Part shown: piece by piece, positions 1-13,435 of the stretch
Layout of the letters: each line of letters opens with the position of its first letter
Numbering within the stretch: position 1 is the first letter of the stretch
Assembly (NCBI GenBank): GCA_002104905.1
Contig: MCFE01000437.1
Coordinates: 1 to 64,000 of the forward strand
Length of the DNA: 64,000 nt
From: Basidiobolus meristosporus CBS 931.73
Taxonomy: Eukaryota; Fungi; Basidiobolomycota
Reading direction: 5' to 3'
Made by a program: the position numbers and the translations under genes
The notes under the pieces: model-generated
What the model saw: the letters and a program-made list of their open reading frames with translations, nothing else
Told to the model about the DNA's origin: nothing
The model's database searches: none

Positions 1-154
1 TCAGGTGTTTTTTGGTTGTTGTACTATATTAAGGTAACCACACATGGAGCTAAAAGGGCTGAATTTGCTCCATCTGGCTGACAGTGGACAGTATGGTGAG
101 CAATGTGGGTGTGGAAACTCAAGGATTCCAGACAGGTATGGATTGTGCAACTCC

Positions 155-656
155 TTAAATGATCACATGACATCCCTGACCTCTGATGAACAAGCCAGAT
201 CAGGTTGGTGAAGATATCCCAGTTCATTTTAGAATGCTATATTGGATTGCAGCAGCTTCTTGGAAGCTTCAAGTCAATGTTACACAACATATCATTCTAT
301 GGGAGCCTATCATTTGAGTTTGTGTAGCTTCATAACATGCATGGTAATCTCACGCCACATGGCCAAGTCATGTGATCTTCTTGCCACTGCATATCCTAAT
401 GTGGTATTCTGGTCTGCTCTCTAATATACCTCCTTTGCAGCACACCTACAATGCCCAGATCTCCATCAGTATTAGCAAATATCTTTTGGCATAAATATTG
501 CCAAAAAGTATATAGTCTCATTTGCCCAGACATATTCCTCAGTCCAACAAGCATAGGTCTTGAATAAGCTAGCCTCACCTGGCTGATCCACACCTAAATA
601 TTTTCCTTCTCCTGCCTTACCTAGCACTACTCTGCTGCCTTGTGTCTGTTCATAAT
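155..656. repeat. Diverged copy of the LTR-like repeat at 1534-2053
   Basis: Shares TGATCACATGACA near its start (~160 vs ~1540). The ~200-bp block 460-656 (attagc..aatatc...ccaaaaagtatat...aggtcttgaataa...ccacacctaa...ccttgtgtct.ttcataa) is colinear with 1855-2053. The start boundary is approximate. Confidence 0.5.
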
Positions 657-879
657 AATTCCAGGCTCATAGTGCTTGTTTGAGCCCATATAGAGATTTT
701 TGAAGCTTGCATACCAAATTGGGGTCTAACTTGGTCACCAAACATGTCAAGCTGGTCCATATACAAATTCTTAGCAAGCTCACTATTGAGAAATGTGGCT
801 TGACATCTATTTGATTATTAAAACTTATTGGGCTGCAATACTTGCTAAGAAAAGTAATTTAGTCCTGTAGGTGGATCCA

Positions 880-3790
880 ATTGGGATCAGCCACCAAGAT
901 CCTGCAATGAGGAAGTCATAACGCTGACAGCTTCAAGACACTTACCCTCTTTACAACCTGATTTTATTGATAAATAAACTTGACAATGTTTTGGCAGTCC
1001 TTTGATAGGATTTGATTGGTATCCTAATGGTATTATTGTGGCCTACACTTATTCAACTGGAACCAACCAGCCAGTAAATGCAACTGCCAGATATGAGAAG
1101 GAGCTTAAAGGTATTTCAATGGCTCTTATGTGGACATCTGTTGGCATTGTAACAGCAGTTCCCCAGTGAGAAATAGATTGGTCCAGCAAGAGGTTACAAT
1201 CTGTCCTGCAATCAGACTGTCACAATGTCAGCAGCTAGGAATTATTGACCTTCTTCACAATGTTATGACAGGATTGTGATGGTGTTTTGCAGACTCTAAT
1301 GCTATATAGGTAAGTAAACTTGATGGTGTTTGGGTGGTTCTCTAGTGGGATTTTGATGACATTCCAAGAGTCTTATTGCAGCCTACACCTATAAGAGCAT
1401 ACCCTACCTGCCAGTACTTGCAAATGCCATATATAAAAAAAAACTCAATGGTGGTTCAATGGACTTGATGTAGACATCTGTAGGTAATATAACAGCAATG
1501 TGTTAGCCTACAGCTAGTACTATGTATTGTTACTGTCATGATCACATGACAACCATGAACACCAATGCCAAGTTTCAGCTTCCTAGCTCAATTTCTAAAA
1601 GATTCCTTCTGGAACCTTCTACCACCTTCCAGAAAGTTCCTGACCATTCCAAACCATTGTTATACAATGGATCATTCCATGGAAGCTTCCCATTGTATTT
1701 TTCATAGTCCAGTATCATATATAGAAATACCAGGTCACATGATTTAGTCACATGATCAGGTGACCCAATTCATTTCCCCATCCTGTCTCAGTGCCTTGCC
1801 TTCTATATTATTATCCCCAGCACATTGCTGCACCTCACCCCACAACCCCATTAGTATTAGCCAATATCTCTTGGCATCAGTATAACCAAAAAGTATATAT
1901 AGTCCTATCCCCCCTTAAGTACTCCTGAGTCTGATAAACACAGGTCTTGAATAAACAGCCTTGCCTTGAATCCTGCCTTGCCTTGATGGTCCACACCTAA
2001 GTCCTTTCCTGCCATGCCTAGCTTTTCCTCCTGCCTTGTGTCTATTCATAACAGTTACTGTACCAATTTACCAAATGGTAATTGATTTTGCTACCTCCCC
2101 TTTGCTTTAAAAATCTGATTTTCCACCTAAATACTCACCAAACTTAGTCACTTGGATCACAGCTTACAAATATTTGAGAATACCGGCCTAGTTCCTTGTT
2201 AGGAATTTACAAGAATATTTTAACAGATTATCAGGTACCCATAATAAGAAAATTCTCAAAGCTGTCCAAACAGCCCCAAACATTAATTGCATATTCTGAA
2301 ACCATCCTAAGCCTACTCTATGTGCTTGTTATGCCAAGATCATGTAAAAGTAAAAGTATCACTGTTACATTCAATAGATCATTCAGTGAGAACCACATAA
2401 TCAGCTCATCCCCAAAATCACCTCTGATACCTCCAAGACTCTTACCACATCCTTGCAACATTCATGTATTTCATTGTAAGGTCACCCAAATTAGCTTGCT
2501 TACCAACTACTACTGTTTGTATTCCATATACAGTTTGAATGAAGAGACTATGGCCACCTGCTTACCAACCACTACACATGTGCACACCTGCTGCAGTTGG
2601 CATACTTCTAGCACCTAAACCCAAAAGGTCACCACATATTTTATATTGCTGGTAACATATGTATCTTGCAAACATATGCCTGCTTGCCATCAATGTTGCC
2701 ATGCATCCCTCTTGAAAATCTGCATAATACTTTTTGGTACTTGAGAATGTATTCTTTCTCTCTGTTGATCCTGGTCCCCCTCATAGATATGCTTTGGTTC
2801 TTGCTTGAAAGAGTTATATATTGAATGGTGTAGAAATTGATTTGTACCAAGGGGCAACCCAGCATACTTTAGTAAAGTTGTCCTAGTCTGAATTGGTTGC
2901 TTGTTGCATCCAACCAAACTTTGCATTACTTAACTGATCACCCATGCATTGAGGCTGCTTAGCTCTTAGTGCTAATGGCATAGACATCCCCATGTGCACA
3001 TCTGTCCTCAGTATTTTCCAACTCCTCTTGGCTGTCCTTCATGAGCCAACCCATCACATTCATGACAGACCTGAAGGTAATATTCTTGATGCAATTGTAA
3101 TATGGTAGTACTTGCTACTTGACTTGTCTTCCCATCACTCTGCATATCTGCTCCATAGGAAACTTCCAAAAGATGAAGCAAGCCACAATATTCTCCAAAC
3201 ACCAAGCAACATGAAGTACAGGATAGATGCAGTGGTGGCAGAGATATGCATGTTCAGCTTTACACATATGCTACAGCCTGCAATATCTGCACATGACTCC
3301 CATTACTTCCAATGTACTTGGGGTCAAAATTGCCTCAGAAGGCCATTTGAAAAATACATATCTAGTCCATCCAGTCCTTGCACTTATTTTATTGCACATG
3401 CATATAAATACTGGTTTAAGCTTATGAGAGATTCCTTGTGTAGCATATGCTCTGTTATATTTTGCCAGTTCTGTCACATATTTCTGGTATCTCCAAGGGC
3501 TCATTTAGCTTTGAATGACCCATACACAACCTGATCATTATCATAGTGATACTATTGAAGAGCAAATGCATTGCTCCCAGTGGAAATCTTTAGCTCCAGC
3601 AGATTCTCTCTATATTTGGTATCTTTGGTTGTTGATTAATTTCATATTCTGGCCAACAGCATATAGCCTGAACATTCCCTTGTGGGAAGATTATATGAAT
3701 AGTAGTGGTGTCTGGATAATAATAATGTGTGTGACTGTTGAAGTATATTCCCTCAACCTCTTGTGCACAGGAAAAGCAGCTTGACACTCA
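880..3790 (-). mobile_element. Fragmented CMC/EnSpm (Tnp2-like) transposase remnants, interrupted by a solo LTR and other inserts
   Basis: Reverse complement aligns by eye to the transposase 3' half and trailer of the copy at 5760-8880. For example, ORF 3008-3205 reads GEYCGLLHLLEVSYGADM and ORF 3271-3504 matches the KYVTELAKY..QGISHKLK region. Confidence 0.7.
1534..2053. repeat. Solo LTR (520 bp), family not otherwise represented by an internal region in this window
   Basis: Starts TGTCATGA and ends TCATAACA (TG...CA, short terminal inverted repeat). Flanked by a 5-bp direct repeat GTTAC (1529-1533, 2054-2058). Removing it restores the colinear CMC trailer sequence (compare 57170-57210). 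Confidence 0.85.
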
Positions 3791-3908
3791 ACAATGTGAT
3801 GCTAGTAGATCACTTCTCAGTCAATACTCATGAGAATTTAAGACAATCTTGTATTTGAGACATTGCACCAACAAGAATGCAAGATTCAGTGATGACCCAC
3901 CATAGTAA

Positions 3909-5210
3909 CCATATGAAAAATAATTTGGTCCCTATATAATTTTACTCCAGAGATTTTAAATGAGAAGTTTAGTAATCTGGTAGAATTTTTATATTATTAC
4001 AAAAAAACATTTTCCTACTTTTATTAAAGATGGTATGATATTGTTAAGCAAAAATGTATACAAAACCTAATTTTACAACCAAATAAAGGGAAAAAACTTA
4101 ACAATATTTTATTGGTGCTGTGACAATATTTACATGGTATTGTTACAGTCTTTTAGCACTCTATAGCTACTTTAAGTGGATCCAGTTGGCCAGGACATCC
4201 AATTGCCCTATATGGCAAGAGGCTTAACAATATTTCAATGGCCTCACAGCAAGACTCTGATGGCATTATATTGGCAGTATGTTGGCCTACTGCTGGTTCT
4301 GTATATTGCTACCTTACTAATTTACCAAATGATATTTCCTTTTTCTACCTCCCCTTATGCAATTCATATATTCCACTGTAGAATCACCCCTCTTTATTTG
4401 CTTACCCACTACTACATTGGGTGTTCCACACGTAGTTTGAATCAAATAAAACTATGGCCTCCTGCCTACTAACCTCTACAAATATGCACATCTGCCACAT
4501 TTGACATACTTCTATCACCTCAACTTTACATCTTTTTAGTGTAATACTTTCAAAGTTGCCATATACCCTGTACTGGTGGTAACATAAACATATTGCAAAC
4601 ATATGCTTGGTTGTTGCCACTTCTGCCATAAATACCTCCTGAATATCCGCAAAGAGCTTCTTGGTATTTGGCCAATATATTTGTTCTCCCTGCTGGATTC
4701 TAGTCCCCCTGATAAGTGCGCTCTGGCTTTAGCTTTTGTGAATTCTGTATTGAATGGTGTAGAAGTTGGCTTGTGACCATGAGAAATTTGGCATATCTTG
4801 GTAGAGTTTTCCTGATAAAAATTAGTTGCTTGTTGCAACCAACCAAACTTTTCATTACTTAACTGATTACCCACGCATTGGGGCTGCTTAGCTTCTTAAC
4901 GCCATAGGCATAGGTGTCTCCATGTGCACATTTGCCCTCAGTATTTTCCAACTCATTCTGGCTGTCCTCCATGTGCCAACTGATTGCATCCATGATGGAC
5001 TTGAAGGTAATATTCTTGATGAGATTGGGATGTGGTAGTACCTGCAACTTGACTTGTCTTCCTATCTCCACACACATCTGCTCCATTGGAAACTCCCAAA
5101 GATGAAGCAAGGCCCAATATTCTCCACACACTATGCAAAATGGAGTAGAGTATGGATACAGTAGCAGCAGAGATATATGCATTCAGCTTTATGTTTGTAG
5201 TATAGCTGCT
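3909..5210 (-). mobile_element. CMC/EnSpm element, 3' portion, truncated
   Basis: Degenerate terminus ccatatgaaaaataatttggtcc at ~3909. ORF 4859-5182 and neighbours match the Tnp2 C-terminal GP...WEFPMEQMC...PNLIKNI segment. Confidence 0.75.
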
Positions 5211-5755
5211 CAAATCCCTGCATATATATACATCATCTGTAACACCAGTGCAGCCATTTGGTCTGTTTTGCACCAACTTGATTGGACATGTGCAAGCTAT
5301 GACACCTTGTCCAACCACTAGGATCAGGAATTTACTTGCTGAATGGGCAAAATGGGATATTTGATGGCAAATCAGGTAGCTTGTGTATTGGTCAAAGAGT
5401 TAATTGAGGGCTAACAGCTTCAGAATACTTTTGGACCAATTAACCAATAGGATACCATCCAATTAGAGTGATGGCAGCCTAAATAGTAAGTATGAGTGTA
5501 GTGTATAGCGTGATATGCATTTATTTCCATTTAAGTTAAAGAAATATATCCAAATACTAGATTTTACCTACCATAATAGCGGTATCCAATTGTGCGTGTG
5601 ATGCAATCATTATGAGTTGGCACAATCATCTGTGCCAACCTCATTGTGCCAGATTGTGGCATAGTGTGCAATACTGTCTTACATAGTGCAAAATTGTCCA
5701 AGAGTGATCCTGCCAACTGGTAGCTAAATATTGCATCCAATTGATCTTATTATCT
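5211..5755. mobile_element. Orphan fragment of the right-hand subterminal region of the PHIS-type element
   Basis: Colinear with 15790-16320 and 28700-29230 (ccctgcatatatata...ctaggatcagg.atttacttgc...gatggcaaatcaggtagc...gtgccaacctcattgtg). It lacks the terminal inverted repeat. Confidence 0.8.
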
Positions 5756-5759
5756 GCAG

Positions 5760-8700
5760 ATCACACATGTGGCTATTGTAGCCAGCATCTCAGCCATGAA
5801 GCACGCAAACAGCATAGGATGTATTACAAGAATCACAATCAGTGCTTTACCACCCAAGTCATATTTGACCATTCATCAGTCACTACTGTACCAACATATC
5901 TTGCCAGCCAGCTGATACATCTATATTGGTACCTGGCCATCTTTGTGACATTACAAAAACTAAGTCAGGAGAGTTTGTGATGCCTTTAGACTCACCTCAG
6001 CCTTCTGAATATGGCATGCAGAGTGATAGCACTGACACAGAAGGCTCACTGATGGATTGTGAGCCTATCTTCCCTAACAATAGTACCACATATGAGCCCA
6101 GTCAAATCCCAATATGAAATGAGACAACACCTGTTGAAACAAACTTCAAGGACACTTTATGGAGCTAAGTGAGCCCAGTAATCTATCTATTGGTGAATGA
6201 TGTAATGCTTTGGCTAGAGAAGTGGTGCATTTCCACTAATGCTAGTAATGGGGGGCCTTGAGGATTTATTATCACTTCTTGCCAAGATCATTCTGGGATG
6301 CAATTCTCTATGTACATGGTACCAGTGGCAATAATCATGTGTCTGGCAGCATATAACCCAGAGACTGTCCTGATTCCAGCATGTATTAACAGTTGCATGG
6401 CATTCACATCCAGAAATGCTACCATTGCAACATGTCTAAATTGTCAGAAATCAACCACCATTGAGGAAAAACATTGTTCAGACTCCAGATATATTCCAGC
6501 TATACCCCATTTAAAGAAGCTGATGCAGTCCAACAAATATTGCAAAGATATAAGGTACTGCACTCAGTATCAATCAAGCACAAACATATCCAATATATTT
6601 GATGGCAAACATTGCAAACAGCTACAAAGCAAGGGCTACTTTGAAGGTATATACGACCATGCCTTTGCTTAAGCACTTAACAGATTCTCATTCAACAAGT
6701 ACTCTACCATCAAATCCTGCTGGCCACTATTTCAAATCAACCTGAATCTGCCACCCATCTTACATTATCAGTGCCAAAATTTGATTGCAGTCTCACAGGT
6801 ATCTGGGCTTAAATCACTGTCCAACCTGGATAGCTACCTGTATCCATTGCTGGATAAGTTTTGTATGCTTTCTAGCAGGATAAAAGTAGATGACTGTCAT
6901 GCAAAAGCGCATATTAACATCTGCATTGGAGATACCCCAGCCATCAGCAAGATAGCAGGTTTTTCTGGGCACAATGGACAGTATTACTGTCAAATGTGTG
7001 AGATCCAGGGGATTCACTCCATAACTCAAATACATTATTATTTCCCAAACACCAACACTAAGAACATCATCTTTTCTTAGAGAGAATGTACAGAAAGCAG
7101 CATGCAGCTGCACCAAAGTTGGCAAGCTACAAGCCATTGGCTGAAATATGGGATCAATTGGAAACCAGAGATACTTAAGACAGAGGGAATCTGTTGGAGC
7201 AAAAGCTTTCCACTGGGAGCAATGCATTTGCTTTTTGACAAAATTCCTATACTGATGACTAAGTTGTACATGGGGCAGTTCAAGCTAAATGAGCCCCTCA
7301 AGATACCGGAGAAATTTGAAAGAATTGGCAAGATATTATAGAATATCCACTACCCTAGGTACATCTCACAGGCACCAATTAATATTCATACACATATGCA
7401 ACAATACTAATGCAAAGACTGGATGAGCTGGATATGTATTTAATTAAGTGGCGTTCTAAAGCCATTCCTACCAAGAGTACATTGGAAGCATTGGGAGTCA
7501 TAAGCGGACATTGCAGGAATATTTATCCAGAAGTGGATCACCAATGCCAACTTGACACATCTACAGCTGTTATGCAAGGAGTTTGTAATGGGAATTGAGC
7601 AGCTATACTACCAACATAAAGCTGAATGCATTGATCTCTGCTGCCACTATATTCATTCTCAACTCCATCTTGCTTGGTATGTGAAGTATATTGGGCCTTG
7701 CTTCACCTTTTGGGAGTTTTCTATGGAGCAGATATGTGGGGAGATAGGAAGACTGGTCAAGTTGCAGGTACTGCAGTTCCCAATCTCATCAAGAATATTA
7801 CCTTCAATTCTGTAATGGATGTGATGAGTTGGCATATGGAGGACAGGCGGGAAGAGTTGGAAAATACTGAGGACAGATGTGCACATGGAGACACCTGTGC
7901 CTATAGAACTAAGAAGCTAAGCAATCCCAATGTGTGGGTAATTAGTCAAGTAATGCAAAGTTGGGATGGGAGCTACAATCAGCTAATCTTTATTAGGAAA
8001 GCTCCACCAAAGTATGCTGGGTTTCACTTGGTTGCAAGCCAACTTCTACACCATTCAATATGGAATTCACCCAAATAAGAGCCAGAGTGCACCTATAAGG
8101 GTGATTAAATCCAGCAGGGAGAAGGAATATATTAGCACAATTCCAAAAGGTTCTTTGCAGATATCCAGGAGTTATTCATGGCAGAAGTAGTGGCAACCAA
8201 GCATATGCTTGCAAGATGACATGTTACCAGCAGTACAAGGTATATGGCAACCTTGCAAGTATCAGACTAAAAAGCCCTAAAGTTGAGGTGATAGATGTAT
8301 GTCAATTGCAACAGGTGTAAACATTTGTAGAGGTTAGTAACCAGGAGGCCATAGTATTTTTTGATTCAAACTACATGTGGAATACCCAAGGTGGTAGAGG
8401 GTAGGCAAATTAAGAGGGGTGATTCTACAGTAGAATATATGAATTGCACAAGGGGGTAGAAAATGGAAATACCATTAGGTATATTGGTATGGTAGCATTG
8501 TATAGAACTAGCTGTAGGCTGCAATACTGCTGTAATAATGCCAATAAAGACTTACAATGAGGCTGTCAAAACACTGTCAAGTTTTTTGCCATATAAGACA
8601 ACTGGATGTACTGGCCAGTTAGATCCACTTAAGATAATTGCAGAGTGCATTAGGACCCCAGCAATGCCATGCAATTATTGCTACAGAACCAATCAAACCC

Positions 8701-8880
8701 TGTCAAGTTTTTCTACACTGTTTTGCAGTAAAATCAGCCAAATGCTGTTGTGATCCAATCACAAAATTGTTAAGAGGGTCACTAATTCAAAGCTGCTGTT
8801 ACAATGATGGTCTCCAAATGGGATCCTGATGGCTGATCTGGTTTGGATCCACCTGCACGACCAAATTATTTTTCATAGGG
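5760..8880 (+). mobile_element. CMC/EnSpm element, 5'-truncated, with 3' terminus
   Basis: Contains the Tnp2-like pseudogene and ends ...AATTATTTTTCATAGGG at 8880, the reverse complement of the CCCTATGAAAAA terminus seen at 9764 and 58829. Confidence 0.9.
5926..8500 (+). pseudogene. Tnp2/Transposase_21-like (CMC/EnSpm) DDE transposase, multiple stops and frameshifts
   Basis: Fragments 6298-6672 (CINSCMAFT..C..C..YIP..IFDG), 6781-7080 (NLDSYLYPL...GDTPAISKIAGFSGHNGQYYCQMCEIQG), 7102-7341 (GAMHLLF) and 7552-7815 (YYQHKAECIDLCCHYIHSQLHLA...GP..FWEFSMEQICG) are the characteristic motif series of fungal Tnp2-family transposases. Confidence 0.85.
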
Positions 8881-9999
8881 ATAATGAGGTTACTTCTTAA
8901 GTTTAAGGTTTAGCATTATATTAGAGTTGAGTATAGGGTCTGATGTATATCAGTACAGCCTATAAATGAATAACAGACAAAGTTCCAGCTAAAATAACCC
9001 CATTTCAATGCATGAAGTGTACAAGTATGGATGGGGCATATATGATTAGGGTGTCAAAAAGAGGCATTTGCTAGCCAATGTACACAAACATAGGAGACAA
9101 CTGATTATCTGAGCCCTGTGAGCTGGCACAAGTAGCTACTAATGCTTAGCTGTAATGTAGTGCATTAATGTGGCATAGAGCTTGGGCATTTCCTTCATCT
9201 TTTCATTTGTAATGTTCAGCCTGCTTACTACTCAGCTAATTACCAACAATGGTAGGATAGCTAGTTTGTACAAGACATTTCAGGAAATAAAGTAGCCCTG
9301 GAGCCAAATAGCTGATCTCTAAATATTAGAGTTCCAAGTTTTGTACAAACCTGGAACTCATCATATATTATGAAAGTATCCTGATAGTCTTGGATGATTT
9401 TCTGATTTGGTAGCAATGCACAATTGCAGGCATTTCACTGTGACTTTGCATTGACTAAGCTATTTTGTTGTGTAGTAAGCTCATTGCCTCATTTGATATG
9501 GCTCTTTGAATTGAACACCACAACAGAAAACAGAAATGACATTGTCATTATTGTGCTAGGCTATCTGCTGCATTATAAGCAGAGAGCATCAACAAAATTT
9601 CATAGGAGAAATCTTAATATTCCAGTCAAGAGATTGTCACATGACTTATATCTCTTAACTAAGAAGTATCAATGCTGCAAGGATACCATGAAAAAGCTGA
9701 CCAACAAGTTTGCCCCTCAGATCTCACAAAAAACCTGTTCAAAATCTTTGATCATAACCCTACCCCTAGGAAAAATTAAGGTAATAATCCCATCAAAAGG
9801 CCATCACAAAGTTAAAGTCCCATGACTAAGAGGTACTGATCACTTTAGGAAACTGTCTAGAGACTGTTGAAAAATAATTGCACCCCAGATTTCACAAAAA
9901 ACTTGGTCAAATATTTTCATCACAACAATATATAAGTGGTTTTTGATTAATTTCCTGCCAGCTTGCTCACTTTCTGATCCCAGACACTCAAACACCTCC

Positions 10000-12170
10000 T
10001 ACATTTGTGTACATTCATTGGCTATTGCCTCTTTCTCATGCTCCTTACTTTGGGACTCATCCGTATCTCTTACTTTTCATGTGTACATATTGATTTATTT
10101 CCATTGAAACTTCAGTTGTTCCTCAATTGCCAATTGTATTGACCTAGACAAGTCCCTATACCCTACACTAACATTAAGCCCAACCCCACACTCAGCAAGT
10201 AGCTCCATTTAAGTCCCCCACTCAATGTGTATTTCTGCTGTAATACTCTGGTTCTACAACTTTGGCAGGAACACAACGGCTTTATGCCACTATTAGTTCA
10301 CCACTTCCCACACATCCTGCTGTTCAGCTGGCACTGCAAGGTCTAGCACCTCATCTGCCAGTCTTTGTAACAAGTCCTTGCATTATTCAAGTTTCATTTT
10401 CTTCAGCACTGCTTTTTAAGAAGTGTTGCAACCTCTGGGTATGCCTATTAATGTTTAAAATTCCACTCAAGGCATTGTGGTAGTTTTTGAGTTCTTGATG
10501 TTGCAGCCTTGTCTGTCAGTAGGATCTCCACTCTGTCAACAATGGAAAATATGGAAGCCATGATAGATGCCTTTTTCTGCAAACTCATCTAGCTTGCTGG
10601 AGTGTAGCTCAACTGGCGGCACTTGCAACTCTTGTGAATACAGCTGTTTTCTCGTTGGTAACTCTTCTTGACTATGATGCAATTCAGTCTGTTCCAGGTT
10701 TGTGGTGTTAATTGTCAAGAACTGCAGTTTTTTTGCATGTCTTCCTGTCTCAGGCTGGGGTAGACATTTTTCCCTTTACCTTTTCCTTTATCACTGCTGA
10801 GCCTCTCACTGCTACTTTGTCTGAGTGCTTCTTGTAATGAACTATGTTTTCTCCTTGATAAATTCTGCTCTGCCATATCTGCTTTGACCTGCTTGTCCCT
10901 TGCTGGCACTCTCCTGGCAAACTGACATTTCTTTTCTGCTTATTTCAAGCTCTCATCCATGGTTGTGACAGGCTCCTGTAAACACTGCTGGTTTTTATCA
11001 CTGCCAGGTCCTTCAATGCCATTATGGCTGAGTGCCTCTTGAGTGGTACTACACTCTTTCCTTTGAAACATTGTGCTGGTGCATGCATGTCTGCCTGCTT
11101 TCCCTAATTGGCACTCTTCCAGCTAGCTGACATCTCTTTGATGCTTGTCTGGCACTTTTGGCCCTTCTTCTAACAGGCACTTGAGGAAGCTGCTAGCTTT
11201 TAGCCATGGCACCCTTGTACTTCTGCCTTTGATAGTTTCTGCTTTCCTTATGATACTCTCTTAGCATACCATTGCTGGCCCAGAATCTATTTGCCTATTT
11301 GAATACAGGATAATGCTCATGGAACAGGTCAAGTACATTCTCCTTAGACTTGAGTTCTGGATGGTCCCATGGTATGCTTACCTTAAGGAGGTGGTGTACT
11401 AGACTTCTTACAGCCTCTTGAATACTAGCACACTCTTCAATATTGCACTCAATGTCTTCACAGATCTTCAATGTTGTTTGATATTTAGGCTTTAGTATTA
11501 ACACCACATTGTCTCCCTCTCACACTGTATTAGATTTTTCTATGGGTTTTCACTTTGGGCACTGTTGCTGCACCTCAAAGACCATACAATGTTCCTCTGC
11601 TGCTACATTGGGAAAGGGCTCAATTCTTGTCTGTGACATTGAGCTACTTGAGTCCCTTGTTTGCAGCAAAGATACTGCGTTTTTCACCAGGGATATTGAT
11701 TGCTCTACATTTATTATCAACTCATTTTGTTTCTGGAATATTTCCTGATTTTATGGGCCTTTGCATCTATCCTTTCCACCACTGCACCTAATTACTTCAT
11801 TAGTACAGTGGTATAAGCTGAAAGTATACTTCCTAACATAGGTGGTAGTAATGTTATGACTGCTACTTGATAGTTGTCAACTGAGGGTACTGCATTTGCT
11901 ACATTCTCATCTGCCTGAGCATGATGGTCAGCTTGTGGCTCTGCAGAGGCTTTCAATTGCCTACCTGACTGAGAGCCTAAGGAGTCCATATTATAACCTT
12001 CAATGGGCACACTTTTAACATGGCTTTTCTTGGATGTCACCATGCTTGTTGCTCTGAATGTTGTAGCAAGCTGTTGTCCAGCTGGTCTTCTGCTGCTATC
12101 AGAGGTGGGGTTTGGTTGGGAACCAGATGACTTTGCTTTATTTTTTGGCAACATATACATGGAAGTGAGT
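10000..12170 (-). pseudogene. CMC accessory ORF X (function unknown)
   Basis: Fragments 11792-12220 (MLPKNKAKSSGSQPNP...), 11295-11507 (IQEAVRSL..SIPWDHPELK..LDLFHEHYP), 10715-10909 and 10536-10718 are homologous to ORFs 61702-61902, 60148-60573, 59723-59923 and 53817-54146. The lower boundary is approximate. Confidence 0.7.
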
Positions 12171-13435
12171 AAAAACCAAAGGGGAAATACTGTTACATAT
12201 ACATGTGTATGTGGTGCCACAACTTTATTTATAATGCTTACTATGGTAGGTCATCATTGAATCTTAGATTCATGTAGGTGTAATGTCTCAAATACATCAC
12301 AGTCTCAAATTCACATGAGTATTGGCCAGAAAGCAATATATTAACGTTATGCTATTGCATGTCCAACTGTTTGCTCCATGGAAAAGACTACTCTGATTCA
12401 ATGCCCTAACAGAAGAGAAAAAAGACCATGTGGCTATTGTAGCAAGCCTCTCAGTCATGACGCATGCAGACAGCATAGGAAGTAATACAAGGATCATGGC
12501 CAGTGTTTTGCCACACAGGTCATATTTGACCATTCAATGGTCACTACTGTACCAACATTATCTTACCAGCCAGTTGAAGAGGTTCACCAGTGGATTGTGA
12601 GCCTATCTCCCCTAGCAACAGTACCACACATGAGCCCAGTCAAATCCCAATATGTAATGATACAGCACCTGTTGAATCAAGTGCCAAGGATACTTTATGG
12701 AGCCAAGTGAGCCCAGTAATCCATCTATTGGAGAATGATGTAATGCTGTGCTAGAGATGTGGCACATTTTTACTAATATCAGTAATTGGGGCTTTGAGGA
12801 TATATTACTGCTTCTTGCCAAAATCATTCCAGGATGCAACTTACCATGTACATGGTACAAGAGGACAACCATCCTGTGGCTGGCAACATATGATCAAGAG
12901 ACTGTCCTGATTCCACATGTGCTAACAGTTGCATGGCATTCACATCCAAAATGCTACCATTGCAATGTGTCCAAATTGTCAGGAATCCACCACCATTGAG
13001 GGAAAACATTGTTCACACTCCAGATACACTCTGGTAATACCCTGTCTGAGTAAGCTAAGGCAGTCCGGCAAATATTGCAAAGCTATGCAGTACTGCACTC
13101 AGTATCAATCAGGTGCAACCATATCTAATATATTTGATAAAAAAATTTGACAAAAGCGGAAATGCTCAGAAAAGAGGGTATCTGTTGGAGCAAAAGCTTT
13201 CAACAATATCTCTATACTGATGACCAAGTTGTGTGAGGAGCATTTGAAGCTAAATGAGCCCTTTGAGATATTAGACTTGTTCCATTGTATAGTGCCACAT
13301 AGTACCAGCCTGTTTATGGTGCTGGATCAATCTGGCACTATAATTTCTACCATGATGCCAGTGGTATGATACAGCTACTGGTAATTTTACTCAATCTTAC
13401 TTATGTTGCTCAGAATAGTGCTTTCCTTGCTTTAT

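Noticed and set aside
3930-4135. AT-rich low-complexity stretch as a possible origin or centromeric element
   Set aside because: It is short and non-repetitive, and nothing in the sequence distinguishes it from a decayed insert.
9375-9420. ILIVLDDFLIW, resembling a DIRS/LINE reverse transcriptase YxDD motif
   Set aside because: A single short motif with no supporting upstream RT motifs in a consistent frame.
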